A stretch of 64,000 bases of DNA from a phage: assembly GCA_022901335.1 (NCBI GenBank), contig GCA_022901335.1_3641.1; one strand, given 5' to 3'. The position numbers and the translations under genes were made by a program. Within the stretch, counting starts at the first letter, position 1. Each line of letters begins with the position of its first letter. The notes under the pieces were generated by a model that ran no database searches, had not been told where the DNA came from, and saw only the letters and a list, made by a program, of their open reading frames with translations. Of this stretch, positions 1 to 10,063 are shown in pieces.

Positions 1-1
1 G

Positions 2-553
2 CCAATAGCTGAAACTACGTTTGATGACGGAGATGTGGAGAGATACCCTCTTATCTATGACGTTCCAATTCAGGTGATGTCTGCAAACAGCGGAAAGGCA
101 AGGTTAACACTTCCTATTAAGGCTGGAGATGTTGTAGGATTACAGTTTTCAGAGAGAAATGAAAACAATAACGACGATCAACAAACTCACGGCCTGTTTC
201 CAGGGTGGGCAATCACCTCTGTCCATTCAGACTCAAACGCTTTACAGATCGATCCTGATAACGTAGAGTTATGGAATGATAGGGTTTATTTTAAACTGAC
301 ACCTTCTGGCGATTTTGAGCTTCAAACACCTGGTGGGACATTACGGTGCGACAGCAGCGGGGAGTTTTCTTTCACTAACGGGGCTGCCAATTTGCGAGCT
401 GCTGTGGATGGGAATATCAGAATGAATGGTGCCACAATAGACCCATCTGGTAGAATTATAACTGCTGCTGGTGTGGATTTGGATTCATTCTATGCAGAAT
501 ATAAAGGTCATACCCACTCTTGCCCTGATGGCGAGACAAGTGGACCGCACTAA
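2..553 (+). CDS. baseplate central spike protein, P2 gpV-like (5' partial; frame is open to window start)
   Basis: C-terminal HTHSCPDGETSGP resembles the P2 gpV / Mu gp45 HTHxHPGD-SGGT terminus; position at head of a baseplate cluster. Confidence 0.45.
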   Translation, partial: PIAETTFDDGDVERYPLIYDVPIQVMSANSGKARLTLPIKAGDVVGLQFSERNENNNDDQQTHGLFPGWAITSVHSDSNALQIDPDNVELWNDRVYFKLTPSGDFELQTPGGTLRCDSSGEFSFTNGAANLRAAVDGNIRMNGATIDPSGRIITAAGVDLDSFYAEYKGHTHSCPDGETSGPH

Positions 554-565
554 TAGAGGGCTTTC

Positions 566-1282
566 ATGGCTACGCTTTATAGTGATATATTGATGGACCC
601 ACAAACAGGCGATTTGGCGATAGACAAAGGTCTTGAGTTGATAGATTCAAACCAAGTCAGTCTGCGCCAGCGCTTGTGGATGAGGTTTAATACGTGGAAA
701 GGGAGCTGGTACTTCGACGAGTTGTTTGGCTTCCCTTATATGGACTTTCTCAGTAAGAAGGTCATGAAGACTGTTCTTGATAACAAGATTATGGAAGTGG
801 CAAGACAAGAGCCGGATGTGCTAAACATCATAAACTTCCAGTCTACCATGGATCGAAGATCGAGAACATACCAAGCGTTCTTTGAGGTTGTTACCAAAGA
901 GAACGAGATTGTAAGGCTGGCTTTCGTAGGTCTTGATCAGTTCACCTACCCACAGCCTGATTCTGGGACAACCTCTCTCTGTGATGATGAGGGTTGGATT
1001 AAGTGGGCTAATAAACTGTACTATCTGATCAACTTCAGGTTGCCTAGAACCGGAGATGCCACATGGTGGAACCAGTATGCTGGTCCTGAGATGGAAAACC
1101 CGATCCCTGTAGGCTCTCTGTTGACTCAGGATAAAGATCTGCTGATGACTGAGGCAGAACAAACCATTAACCGCAATACCTGGATGCTTGCTCCAGATGA
1201 GCGCGAATACTCTGGTGTTATTGCTACCTCCAATGATGAGGCTATTGCCAACCAGTCTGGTCGTGCTATTGATGTTAACTAA
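566..1282 (+). CDS. baseplate wedge protein with gp25/GPW-like N-terminal domain
   Basis: RBS GAGGG; N-terminal LYSD...WKGSWYFDELFGFPY...QEPDVLNI matches the T4 gp25 / P2 gpW fold signature; extra C-terminal domain. Confidence 0.5.
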   Translation: MATLYSDILMDPQTGDLAIDKGLELIDSNQVSLRQRLWMRFNTWKGSWYFDELFGFPYMDFLSKKVMKTVLDNKIMEVARQEPDVLNIINFQSTMDRRSRTYQAFFEVVTKENEIVRLAFVGLDQFTYPQPDSGTTSLCDDEGWIKWANKLYYLINFRLPRTGDATWWNQYAGPEMENPIPVGSLLTQDKDLLMTEAEQTINRNTWMLAPDEREYSGVIATSNDEAIANQSGRAIDVN

Positions 1283-1291
1283 GGAGAAATC

Positions 1292-1960
1292 ATGGCTGTA
1301 GCTTATCCTACAATACCAATTCCAGATCTTGAAGATGCAGAAACAGTCCTGAGTGATGACTTCTTGGTTGTCAACCAGACTGATGGGACAAGAAAGGCTA
1401 AGATTGATGATGTTGTCAACGATCTTAGCATTACCAAGATAGTCTATTTCACAGAGGGTGGTTATCTTAAGAGCAAGAAGGACTTTGCTTATGACCCAGA
1501 AACTAAGCGCTACTACACGTGGAACGGGGATTATCCTAAAATAATCCTCCCAGACTCCACTGTAGAGGGTGCTGGAGGTGTGTCTGCAAATGCCTGGTCT
1601 GTTTTTGGTGAGCTTGCTGCAACTTCTTCTGGCAGAATAGTTGATTACGGATCTATCGGTGGTCAGCTTGATATGGATCTTGAAGTTGCGGATACCTTTA
1701 AGGTTCGACTAACTTCAAATACCACAATCTCTTTTGAAAATCAAACAGAAGGTCTTGAAGGGGTGGCGAGAACTATAACTGTATGCATTACTCAGACCTC
1801 TGGCGGCAACAAAGTCTATTGGCCTGGTAATGTTAAATGGTCCTACGGAAGAGATCCTATCCTAACATTTACAGCTGGTGCAACAGACATTTTCAAGTTG
1901 GAAACCTACGACAACGGGTTAACTTGGTACGGGGCACTGATTATCGCAGGAGCTATCTAA
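1292..1960 (+). CDS. tail fibre-related protein sharing N-terminal domain with the 1266-aa fibre
   Basis: RBS AGGAG; first ~110 aa (DDFLVVNQTDGTRKAKIDDVV...FTEGGYL...DFAYD) paralogous to N-terminus of ORF 4595..8395. Confidence 0.5.
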   Translation: MAVAYPTIPIPDLEDAETVLSDDFLVVNQTDGTRKAKIDDVVNDLSITKIVYFTEGGYLKSKKDFAYDPETKRYYTWNGDYPKIILPDSTVEGAGGVSANAWSVFGELAATSSGRIVDYGSIGGQLDMDLEVADTFKVRLTSNTTISFENQTEGLEGVARTITVCITQTSGGNKVYWPGNVKWSYGRDPILTFTAGATDIFKLETYDNGLTWYGALIIAGAI

Positions 1961-1961
1961 G

Positions 1962-4559
1962 ATGCGTATTCAACACAACATTGATAACGTATTTCAGATG
2001 ATTGAGGGGCACAGGAAGTGCCTCGATAACAACACAGGTATTACCAACACACCTACACAAAATAAGCTAGTAAACCCTGATGGTCTTATAGCTGCAGGGT
2101 GGGCAGGTAATAAGATAAATAACGATTGGGCAATGCATGAGTCCCAAGCTGTGTTGATTCTGGGATACATTGAAGCATACAGGGCATCGAAAAGCGATTT
2201 CTATCTGGATAGGGCAAAAGATGCTTGGGAAGCTTACAATAGTCATCTTCTGGGTGCATATGCAGTAGAAAGTAAAATGCAAAGATTGTCCCACTACCCT
2301 CTATCCACAGATGGGGTTCCATCACATGGTGGGTTTAAAGATGTGGTGGTGTCTTTTACCAATGGTAGAGGAAAAATCCCAGCTGGATCTCCGACATGGG
2401 GGGAATACCTGGACAAGGCATTCCAAGCGTATAACGGCGTGTTAGGAAGAAACACTGTAGACTCTGATGTTTACGGTGGCACAGATGCTAACCCAGATTG
2501 GACAACATCCGGATTAAGTTGGTGGGTTGAGTGGTATATAGCATGGGATGGTAACCGCTATTGGGCTAACGGTAGCATAGCCGACAGTGGTCATACGTCT
2601 GTAGAGTTCGGCACAATCCAATTACAAGATAAGGGTGTTACAGGAAGCCACAAGGTAACCTATTGTGTTAGATTACCTCAAGAGCAGGGTGGATCGGTGA
2701 TACCTGTAGGATCCCCTGTAATTGTAAATCCCATAAACGTGGTTGCAGATAATCAGGCCCCAGAGTTGGACGGGGAAGAAATGTGGTGTGACGCTTGTTA
2801 TCAACTCTACACCTTGACAGGTGAGGAAAAGTATTACACCGCGTTTGAACAGTCTTACAACAAGTTGCTTAATTTCAGTGATATAAACGCCTACGACAAA
2901 CTGTTTAGAAAGACCACGTTGATTAAGGCACCGTTTACAGATGGTACTTGTCTTGTTGCAGGAACAGTTCCTGCCATGAGCAGGGACAGTGACGGGTATA
3001 TCAATTTTAGAATGAACGCACACCTGCCTTGCGAAATAATTCAAAAAGGGACTACATACAAAATAGGCAGAGATGCTGAAATTGTTATGAATTTCGGAGG
3101 AGAAGGGGTTCTGTTCCAGCCACATTTCATCCTTAATGATGGCAACAATAACAAAAAACAGTACAGGATAGGGGTTCCTTTTGGAGGGGCAGAGGTAACA
3201 GAAATAGCTGCCAAGGTTACTGATTTCGTAGAGGTAGTTGGTAAAGACGGTAATCCGTATCTCTTACCTAAAGAGGAAAACATTGTCGTAAGCGGTGGCG
3301 CTAGTGTTAGTATGCAGTATGATACCGACATTTACAACCACTCTGACAACTTCACCCGTTGTAATATAGCAAGAGGTAAAGTAACTTTCAATTTTGGGAG
3401 AGAGATTTCTTTAAACTCAGTAACTTATCGATCAGATGATGAGATGGTAAGGGTCAAATTTCTTGACAAAGATAGGTGGTTATGGTATGCTGATCTATAT
3501 GCCACTAATGGACAATGGATAACAGAAACTCTTACTCTAGGAGATTTCAAACTAGATCCGACACAACCTCATCACACCGAAGAAGAGATTAAACCTTTCT
3601 TTGCTAATCCTAAGGGGCTCACCTCTGTAGATTTCAGCCTAAGCGACAGGCAGATAGGTAATGGCTTGTTTGATCTGTACTGCGTAAACACGCTGCCGCA
3701 GTTCTATATTGCAGATAGGGATGCTTATCTAATATGGTTTAGCGTATGGATGGCAAGCAAGACAGAATCAACCGCTAAGGTTGGTGATTGCTATGTCAGA
3801 AACTACAAGCAAGGTGCATACAGGCACACACCGGGTGTGTTCCCTGCCGGAAAGGTGATAGATAAGGAAAACTATCTCTTAGAGGAAAAGCCAAATTGGC
3901 CCTACCCTGGCATGCAATACCCAGCAATCTACTGCATGGGTGCAGAAAACATAGATCGCCATAGATTGTCAAATACAATAGGCTTTCTGTATGACGCTCA
4001 AGTCTGGTATAATAATACATTTAAGACAGAGGGTCCAGTTGCCTCACGTTATGTATGGCAGAGAGGTAATGAAGGGTTGACTGGTTGGTGGGAGATGGTA
4101 GATAACTCTAAGCTCCAGTCAAGATCTTTTGTTGCTGCGTGCCGCACAATATATGAGCTCAAGAAACATAAAGAACCTGTTGATGAAAGGCTGTTCCTGT
4201 TCTGCCAGAAATGGGCATGGTTCCTCAACAGATTCCAGTCATCTCATTCAGGAAATCTACCTACAGACTTTAACACCTCGGGGGGATATTCTTATCAGGA
4301 CAGAGGAGACAGGATGTGGGTGGTAGGTGAATGGCTTGCAGGTTGCTGCTGGCTAGGTCTGTGCGGGTATTCAGAGACAATACCTCAAATAGATATTGTT
4401 GTAGAGGCCTGTGTGAAGCTACTGCAAAAGCACCACTTCATTAATGGGGATAATGTTTTAAACGGCTGCTGGGCAGTTTCTGATCCGGTTGGCTATCACT
4501 CTGGCGAAATCCTTCGCGGTCTGGGCCTTTATGCTCAATACCGTGGATTGTACCTTTAA
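1962..4559 (+). CDS. large virion structural protein (baseplate/fibre-associated), function unknown
   Basis: 865-aa ORF in structural operon, tightly packed with neighbours; no diagnostic motif recognised. Confidence 0.45.
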   Translation: MRIQHNIDNVFQMIEGHRKCLDNNTGITNTPTQNKLVNPDGLIAAGWAGNKINNDWAMHESQAVLILGYIEAYRASKSDFYLDRAKDAWEAYNSHLLGAYAVESKMQRLSHYPLSTDGVPSHGGFKDVVVSFTNGRGKIPAGSPTWGEYLDKAFQAYNGVLGRNTVDSDVYGGTDANPDWTTSGLSWWVEWYIAWDGNRYWANGSIADSGHTSVEFGTIQLQDKGVTGSHKVTYCVRLPQEQGGSVIPVGSPVIVNPINVVADNQAPELDGEEMWCDACYQLYTLTGEEKYYTAFEQSYNKLLNFSDINAYDKLFRKTTLIKAPFTDGTCLVAGTVPAMSRDSDGYINFRMNAHLPCEIIQKGTTYKIGRDAEIVMNFGGEGVLFQPHFILNDGNNNKKQYRIGVPFGGAEVTEIAAKVTDFVEVVGKDGNPYLLPKEENIVVSGGASVSMQYDTDIYNHSDNFTRCNIARGKVTFNFGREISLNSVTYRSDDEMVRVKFLDKDRWLWYADLYATNGQWITETLTLGDFKLDPTQPHHTEEEIKPFFANPKGLTSVDFSLSDRQIGNGLFDLYCVNTLPQFYIADRDAYLIWFSVWMASKTESTAKVGDCYVRNYKQGAYRHTPGVFPAGKVIDKENYLLEEKPNWPYPGMQYPAIYCMGAENIDRHRLSNTIGFLYDAQVWYNNTFKTEGPVASRYVWQRGNEGLTGWWEMVDNSKLQSRSFVAACRTIYELKKHKEPVDERLFLFCQKWAWFLNRFQSSHSGNLPTDFNTSGGYSYQDRGDRMWVVGEWLAGCCWLGLCGYSETIPQIDIVVEACVKLLQKHHFINGDNVLNGCWAVSDPVGYHSGEILRGLGLYAQYRGLYL

Positions 4560-4594
4560 CATAGGGGGCTGTTTGCCCCCTTTCAGGAGAAAGA

Positions 4595-7500
4595 ATGGCT
4601 GATATTAAAGTTGTCAGAATCGAATCTCTTCCTGCCACTACCGCAGTGACAGAGGATGATTACCTGGTTGTTCAACAACCAGACCTGACCCGTCGTGTAA
4701 AAATTGGCGATGTTGTCCATGTGGATGGGACTGTTTCTCATGTAATCTCCTTTAAGGAAGGTGGTAAGTTAAACGGCCCAATGGATTTTGCCTACTTCGA
4801 AGAGGAAGACCTCTACCTGCGTTGGAAAGGCGAATTTCCCCACACTGTTCCTGCACTATCTTCACCGTACTCCGATGGTGGGATTACTGACGCTGCATGG
4901 ATGGTATATACAGATCCGTCCTTAAGGGAGGAGCTGGAATCTACCATTGGAGCATCTATGATCATGACAGCCGAAGGGCAGTCTGTCCAGGATGTAATGG
5001 ATGTTACTGTTCAAACAGCTAACGATGCTAAAGCACTTGCACAGCGTGTGGATTTTGGTACAGTGCACACTGTAGGTGATGTTATTCACCTTGATAACTT
5101 TGTGGGTCCTGCAGTTATTGAAGAGGGAAGAACCACCAACTACCCTTCTGTAGCAGCTGGTGAAAAATTTCTGAACGGTGTGGTATCTCGTCGTGATACT
5201 ACAACTGTTGATGGTATTTTCCGTGGCGCTACCTCCGGATCCATGTATACCATTGCAGTAACCAATGGTGTAGCAACAACAAAAAGAATAGCACTTCGTG
5301 ATGAATTTAAACGCCTAGAGGCAAACAGCCCAACAAGAACAGTTATCCGTGCTGGAGATGATTTAAACACGGCAGGGTACTTGCAGCTTGATGCAACAGG
5401 CCGCTGGGGTATGTGGAACCAACAAACAGCCTCGTGGCAACCTCTTGCTATAGAGCAAGGCGGTACAGGAGCCAGGGATGCCGCAGGTGCACGTATTAAC
5501 TTAGGGGCTTTCTATAAGCAACGTGCAGCCCTTGAGCCAAATTTCAATATCAATAACTTGACTGGTAATCAGGATGGTGTATACTACCAGCCGATGACTG
5601 CTTATGCAACCGAGGCAAATGGTTACCCTGCAGGTTCTGGTGCTGGTCACTTGATTGTTTGGCAGAACAATGCTAACGGCGGTACAGGTTGTCGTCAGGA
5701 ATACTATCCGTTCTCTAACGTAGATGTTTGGTATTTGAGAACCTATCAGGCCAACACAAACCAGTGGACTGCATGGCAGCCTATGGTCAGACCTCGTAAC
5801 GATGATACCTTTAGATCGCACATCGGTCTCGGGTCCAGAAATGCCCCTACTTTTGGGCACCTTTATCTGTCTCAAAGCACTGCTGAGGTTAAGTCGCCAT
5901 CAGGTATTCTCCATGGGGATAAATACGGCGCTGACGGTGTCCTTGAGCATGGATATCGTATCTACTCTGAAGTAAGAAATGATAATAAAGCTTGGTTAAC
6001 AATCCACCTGCATAAAGGTGCAAAAGGATCTGAAACTCACAGATATTTAGGTTTCTGCGAAGACGGAGTATTAGACTGCCCTAAATACATGCAGGTTGGG
6101 GATCTCACTGGTCAGCTGACAAACTGGGGACTTGGAGAGTGGATCCGTAGTTCAGGGGCAGAAAGAGGCTTCTGGGGGTCCAAGAAAGCCGCCAAGATGG
6201 TTGTCTGGGATGGTGGGATGGACGAATCCGGTAACGGCACTCTGGAATGGGGTGTTTATAACAACCGGAAGGCCAAGTGGGAACCTTTACCTCAAGCCGC
6301 AGGTGGCACTGGAGCTACAACTTTAGCAGATGCTCAGAATCTGTTCAAAGTTCCTATAGCAGCAGGTGTAAAAGACTTCTTAACACTGCCAAGAACCGCA
6401 GGGATGGAAGATGGGAAATACTACCCAATTATCGTTAGAACAGATCCGTACTATGCCCCAGCAACTGGCACTGATATTACCATAGTTACCAGATCGTCAT
6501 CCGGCGGTGACCCTATGAACTGTGCTACCTTACAGTGTCACTATAGAACTGGTGGGTGGACAGACAGAGGAGACTCTTTCTACGGGGTAGTAAATTTCTA
6601 CCAGAATGAAAAAGCACTTCTTGGGATGGTTGCTCCAACAAGGGGTAAACAAGAGTATGTTGCTTTCTATGTAGAGGCTCGTGCTTTCCCTGTCAGCATA
6701 TACGCAAGTAGAAATGTTGTCGAAGTGTTTACCAGAGAGCAAGATTACCAGGTCGGGGCTGTAACAGACAATCAGGATGGGGTTAAGTTCGTTGCACCTC
6801 TTCAATCAGCAGACTTGAATCTAGCTGTTCTTGGAGATAACAACACCAATACCAGACCTATTGTTGACTTCAAAGGTACTTCAGGGTTCTACACTGGCGG
6901 CGGCACACAGTGGCACTATATAGGCACTGCTGAACGCTATGCTGTGATGAGCAAAATGAATATGCCAAAAGTCGAGCTATGGGCAGACGGTATTGACTAT
7001 TTGTGCTACGGCAGTCCTAGAAAGGCGTTATTCTCTAATGCAGGATTCCAGTGTGCATCCGATGGGACAGAGGATCTTACTAACGGTACGTTTACCTCTA
7101 AATGCGGTAATGGTGCTGGTCTCAAAGGTCAGGCAGAGTTTAGATCTACTCCGGAAGCGGGTCAAGTTATTGTTCGCGATGTTGTAGGCACAGCTCATAG
7201 ATTCTACAACTTCAACAAAGATGGCACTTTCTCAGCTCCTGGTGGTTTTGTATGCCACACAGGTGCAGACTGGAACAACCAGTTCGGGAATAACAACCCT
7301 TCTAAAATAATGGCTGGTAACGTCAACGGACCTGAAGGTTCCATGGTTGTAGCAGGGTTGTCGGTTGGTTTTTCTGGAAACTACGCTTTCCAGATGGCAG
7401 GTCGTTTAGACCAGCTGTATACTCGTTCCATAGAGCAGGGAAACCACAGAGCGTGGAACAAAGTTATTCAGCACCGTGGTCAAGGGTTGGGAACTAATGA

Positions 7501-8395
7501 CCTTAACGACTACAAAGGAGATAGAGAGGGTTTTTATCATCAGGAGGCCAATGCTCAAGCCGCACTTGATAGAAACTACCCATGCTCTCAGGCAGGTACT
7601 CTCCTTGTCTATAGAAACTATGCCAACGTTCCAGAGAGTTGCGTACAGGAATATACAACATATCTTGGAGAAAAATTCCTGCGTTATGGGACAACGATAG
7701 GTGGTGTTTTCACATGGGGCCATTGGCAGCAGCTTGGCGGTAAGGGTATCACTTTAAAAACTCAAGGGTCCAATCTTGAACCTGAGTTCACAATACACAC
7801 AGGTGGTGGGACGGATGTTACCAACACTTCCAACATGCCTTCTAATACAGGCAGGTTGTACTATTGGGGTAATGGCGCTGATAGGAAGAATGTGCTTGAG
7901 TTTCAGATAAGTGATAACTCAACAGCCTCCAGCTGGGTATTCCACTGCGGAGCTAAGGCAGATGAGGCTAAATCAAGATATTTTGCTGTCAACGGCACGG
8001 TAGAATGTACCACTGTTAGCCAAAGTTCCGATAGAGACCTGAAGGATAATATAGAGGTCATACCTAACGCTCTGGAAGCAATTAGAAAGATGAAAGGCTA
8101 TACCTACACCTTGAAAGAGAATGGTATGCCTTATGCAGGCGTGATTGCTCAAGAGGTTATGGAAGCATTGCCAGAGGCAGTAGGATCTTTCGTGAAAAGG
8201 AAGGAAATAGAAGGTCCTACTCAAGACGGTATTCCTCTGATGACCGAGGAAAGGTTCTATAACGTTGACTACGCAGCTGTAACAGGCTTGCTTGTCCAGG
8301 TTTGCAGGGAACAGGACGATAAAATAACCGCCCTTGAGGAGCAGGTTAAAAAATTGACAGAGGTTGTTACTGGATTGCAAGAGAAACTGAAGTAA
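4595..8395 (+). CDS. long tail fibre protein with C-terminal peptidase-S74 intramolecular chaperone domain
   Basis: RBS AGGAGA; C-terminus SSDRDLKDNIEVIP...YTYTLKENG...GVIAQEV...VDYAAVTGLLVQ is the endosialidase/T5-pb1-type autoproteolytic chaperone signature (from ~8024). Confidence 0.8.
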   Translation: MADIKVVRIESLPATTAVTEDDYLVVQQPDLTRRVKIGDVVHVDGTVSHVISFKEGGKLNGPMDFAYFEEEDLYLRWKGEFPHTVPALSSPYSDGGITDAAWMVYTDPSLREELESTIGASMIMTAEGQSVQDVMDVTVQTANDAKALAQRVDFGTVHTVGDVIHLDNFVGPAVIEEGRTTNYPSVAAGEKFLNGVVSRRDTTTVDGIFRGATSGSMYTIAVTNGVATTKRIALRDEFKRLEANSPTRTVIRAGDDLNTAGYLQLDATGRWGMWNQQTASWQPLAIEQGGTGARDAAGARINLGAFYKQRAALEPNFNINNLTGNQDGVYYQPMTAYATEANGYPAGSGAGHLIVWQNNANGGTGCRQEYYPFSNVDVWYLRTYQANTNQWTAWQPMVRPRNDDTFRSHIGLGSRNAPTFGHLYLSQSTAEVKSPSGILHGDKYGADGVLEHGYRIYSEVRNDNKAWLTIHLHKGAKGSETHRYLGFCEDGVLDCPKYMQVGDLTGQLTNWGLGEWIRSSGAERGFWGSKKAAKMVVWDGGMDESGNGTLEWGVYNNRKAKWEPLPQAAGGTGATTLADAQNLFKVPIAAGVKDFLTLPRTAGMEDGKYYPIIVRTDPYYAPATGTDITIVTRSSSGGDPMNCATLQCHYRTGGWTDRGDSFYGVVNFYQNEKALLGMVAPTRGKQEYVAFYVEARAFPVSIYASRNVVEVFTREQDYQVGAVTDNQDGVKFVAPLQSADLNLAVLGDNNTNTRPIVDFKGTSGFYTGGGTQWHYIGTAERYAVMSKMNMPKVELWADGIDYLCYGSPRKALFSNAGFQCASDGTEDLTNGTFTSKCGNGAGLKGQAEFRSTPEAGQVIVRDVVGTAHRFYNFNKDGTFSAPGGFVCHTGADWNNQFGNNNPSKIMAGNVNGPEGSMVVAGLSVGFSGNYAFQMAGRLDQLYTRSIEQGNHRAWNKVIQHRGQGLGTNDLNDYKGDREGFYHQEANAQAALDRNYPCSQAGTLLVYRNYANVPESCVQEYTTYLGEKFLRYGTTIGGVFTWGHWQQLGGKGITLKTQGSNLEPEFTIHTGGGTDVTNTSNMPSNTGRLYYWGNGADRKNVLEFQISDNSTASSWVFHCGAKADEAKSRYFAVNGTVECTTVSQSSDRDLKDNIEVIPNALEAIRKMKGYTYTLKENGMPYAGVIAQEVMEALPEAVGSFVKRKEIEGPTQDGIPLMTEERFYNVDYAAVTGLLVQVCREQDDKITALEEQVKKLTEVVTGLQEKLK

Positions 8396-8402
8396 CTGTT
8401 CT

Positions 8403-8432
8403 GCCCTCGCTTCGGCGGGGGCTTTTTGTTTG
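8403..8432 (+). terminator. rho-independent terminator (GCCCTCGC-TTCG-GCGGGGGC + T-run)
   Basis: GC stem with TTCG tetraloop followed by TTTTTGTTTG immediately after the fibre stop. Confidence 0.6.
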
Positions 8433-8434
8433 TA

Positions 8435-8463
8435 TTGCGTATTAACTCAAAATCTGGTAAAAT
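8435..8463 (+). promoter_or_regulatory. sigma70-like promoter TTGCGT-N17-TAAAAT
   Basis: hexamers with 17-bp spacer; shares CAAAATNTGGTAAAATA with promoter at 13706. Confidence 0.45.
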
Positions 8464-8494
8464 AGCTATCATGATTGTTTAACCTGGAGGCACA

Positions 8495-9085
8495 ATGTTT
8501 TTATGGGAAAGGCCTAGATACCTTCCAGATATTAGATTGGAGCTGCTGGCAGATATTGTTACGTTTAAAAGTCCGTTTACAGGTAAAACGCAAAAAGTAA
8601 CCTATGCCACACCTAACTGGAAAGGCACTTTGACGGTTTCCAATATCAGCGAGTCACAGTTGCTAGAGCTTAAGAGCTTTGTTGATCAGGTGTATAAAGA
8701 TGGAAACATCTTTCTTATTAAAACTTACGGTCACTCAGTTACAGCTAATGAGCCAATCGCCCTTGGGCCTACTGGTAACGACGATTTTTTGAAGACGGTT
8801 GGGTGGGAGCCAAACAGAGACATAGCCAGAGCTGGGGATAAAATATCTGTCAATGATGAATTGAAAGTGGTAACAGCTCCAGTGCGTAGCGATGGTGTTG
8901 GGTCTGCTGTTATAAGCATATCTCCAAGACTTAGAAAACCTATTGCCGCAGGGGATACTATGAAGATAATAACTCAATCCCCAAAGGGTAGGTTTCATAT
9001 CAGAGATATTTATAAAATTAAGCAAAAAGTCGATGCTATGCAAAAAGGTGATAATATAGTTATCACCTTCTTTGAGGATTTCTAA
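8495..9085 (+). CDS. minor tail protein (lambda gpL-like position)
   Basis: RBS GGAGG; first gene of a four-gene set ending in a J-like fibre; no motif recognised. Confidence 0.45.
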   Translation: MFLWERPRYLPDIRLELLADIVTFKSPFTGKTQKVTYATPNWKGTLTVSNISESQLLELKSFVDQVYKDGNIFLIKTYGHSVTANEPIALGPTGNDDFLKTVGWEPNRDIARAGDKISVNDELKVVTAPVRSDGVGSAVISISPRLRKPIAAGDTMKIITQSPKGRFHIRDIYKIKQKVDAMQKGDNIVITFFEDF

Positions 9086-9086
9086 G

Positions 9087-9638
9087 ATGATCAGAGCGCC
9101 ATTAGATAATTTATTTCTTGAAAAGCTGGAGCTTGATGGTGTTGAGATCTTAATTGCTGCAAAGCTGGAGCTACCGACAGGAACTGTCAGGGTGTGCTCA
9201 GGCACTGGTGTTGTAGTAATTGAGGGGCAACATTTTATAGGGATAGGGGGATCAGCAACATTAACTGCTGTGTCTGAGAAAGATGCCACCAACTTCGGAT
9301 CTGTGGTAGCAACATTGAACGGGTTTGATCCTAAGTATGTGGGTGATCTGCTGAAGACGGAGTATTCTGGTTGTCGTGCCACGTTGTACATTACCGCTAT
9401 GGAGAATGGTCTACCTGTCACAACTAATGGCTTGTTTGACGGCCTTATAACAGATATGGCTATTCAGACAGGTGAGAATAGTGCTTTGTCCATATCCATC
9501 TCTTCCATCTTCAACAGTTGGTTAAGAGGTTTTCCTTATCGGTACACGGAGGAAAGCCACAGCTCAAGAAACGATAATGACAGATTTTTTAAATATGTGG
9601 ATCAGGTGGCGAGCCGCCCGATCATTTGGGAGGTTTAA
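9087..9638 (+). CDS. tail assembly/minor tail protein
   Basis: ATG at 9087 after RBS GAGG (track start 9072 is TTG); stop overlaps next start (TAATG). Confidence 0.45.
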   Translation: MIRAPLDNLFLEKLELDGVEILIAAKLELPTGTVRVCSGTGVVVIEGQHFIGIGGSATLTAVSEKDATNFGSVVATLNGFDPKYVGDLLKTEYSGCRATLYITAMENGLPVTTNGLFDGLITDMAIQTGENSALSISISSIFNSWLRGFPYRYTEESHSSRNDNDRFFKYVDQVASRPIIWEV

Positions 9639-10063
9639 TGAGCACACACCCTCGTTTAGTGGATTGGCAAGAAAGATTGTGGAAAGTGTTTGACGAAGAG
9701 GCCACCATACCTTTTGAATGGGGATTCCACGATTGTTGCACCTTTGCGGCTAAGTGTGTTGATGCCCAATACGGAACAGATTTTCTTTCCAACTTCGAAG
9801 GAACGTATAAAACAGAGTTGGAAAGCAAAAGATGGTGCATGCTTCGTTTCAAAACTACACACCTGCCTACTATTTTTGATCTCTTTATGACTCGGCTGGA
9901 TACTCCTAAACAGGTTCAGCGTGGAGATATTGTCATTTTCGAAGGTCTGAACGGCCTCACCGCTGGTGTGTTCTGGAACAACCAGATTTTGGCGAAAGGT
10001 GATAAAGGGGTCTTTATGTTCGATATGAAAGATTCTATCGTTGTTGATGTCTGGAGGTATTAA
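9638..10063 (+). CDS. tail-associated protein, possible Cys-His (NlpC/P60-like) peptidase
   Basis: ATG 9638 overlaps upstream stop; FEWGFHDCCTF Cys motif; sits where gpK/gpI-like genes precede gpJ. Confidence 0.4.
   Translation: MSTHPRLVDWQERLWKVFDEEATIPFEWGFHDCCTFAAKCVDAQYGTDFLSNFEGTYKTELESKRWCMLRFKTTHLPTIFDLFMTRLDTPKQVQRGDIVIFEGLNGLTAGVFWNNQILAKGDKGVFMFDMKDSIVVDVWRY

Noticed and set aside
821-4020. Several 60-150-aa minus-strand ORFs (for example 821..1162, 2673..3125, 3041..3331) inside the baseplate/fibre genes
   Set aside because: Embedded antisense in longer ORFs with good RBSs and tight coupling; no independent support.
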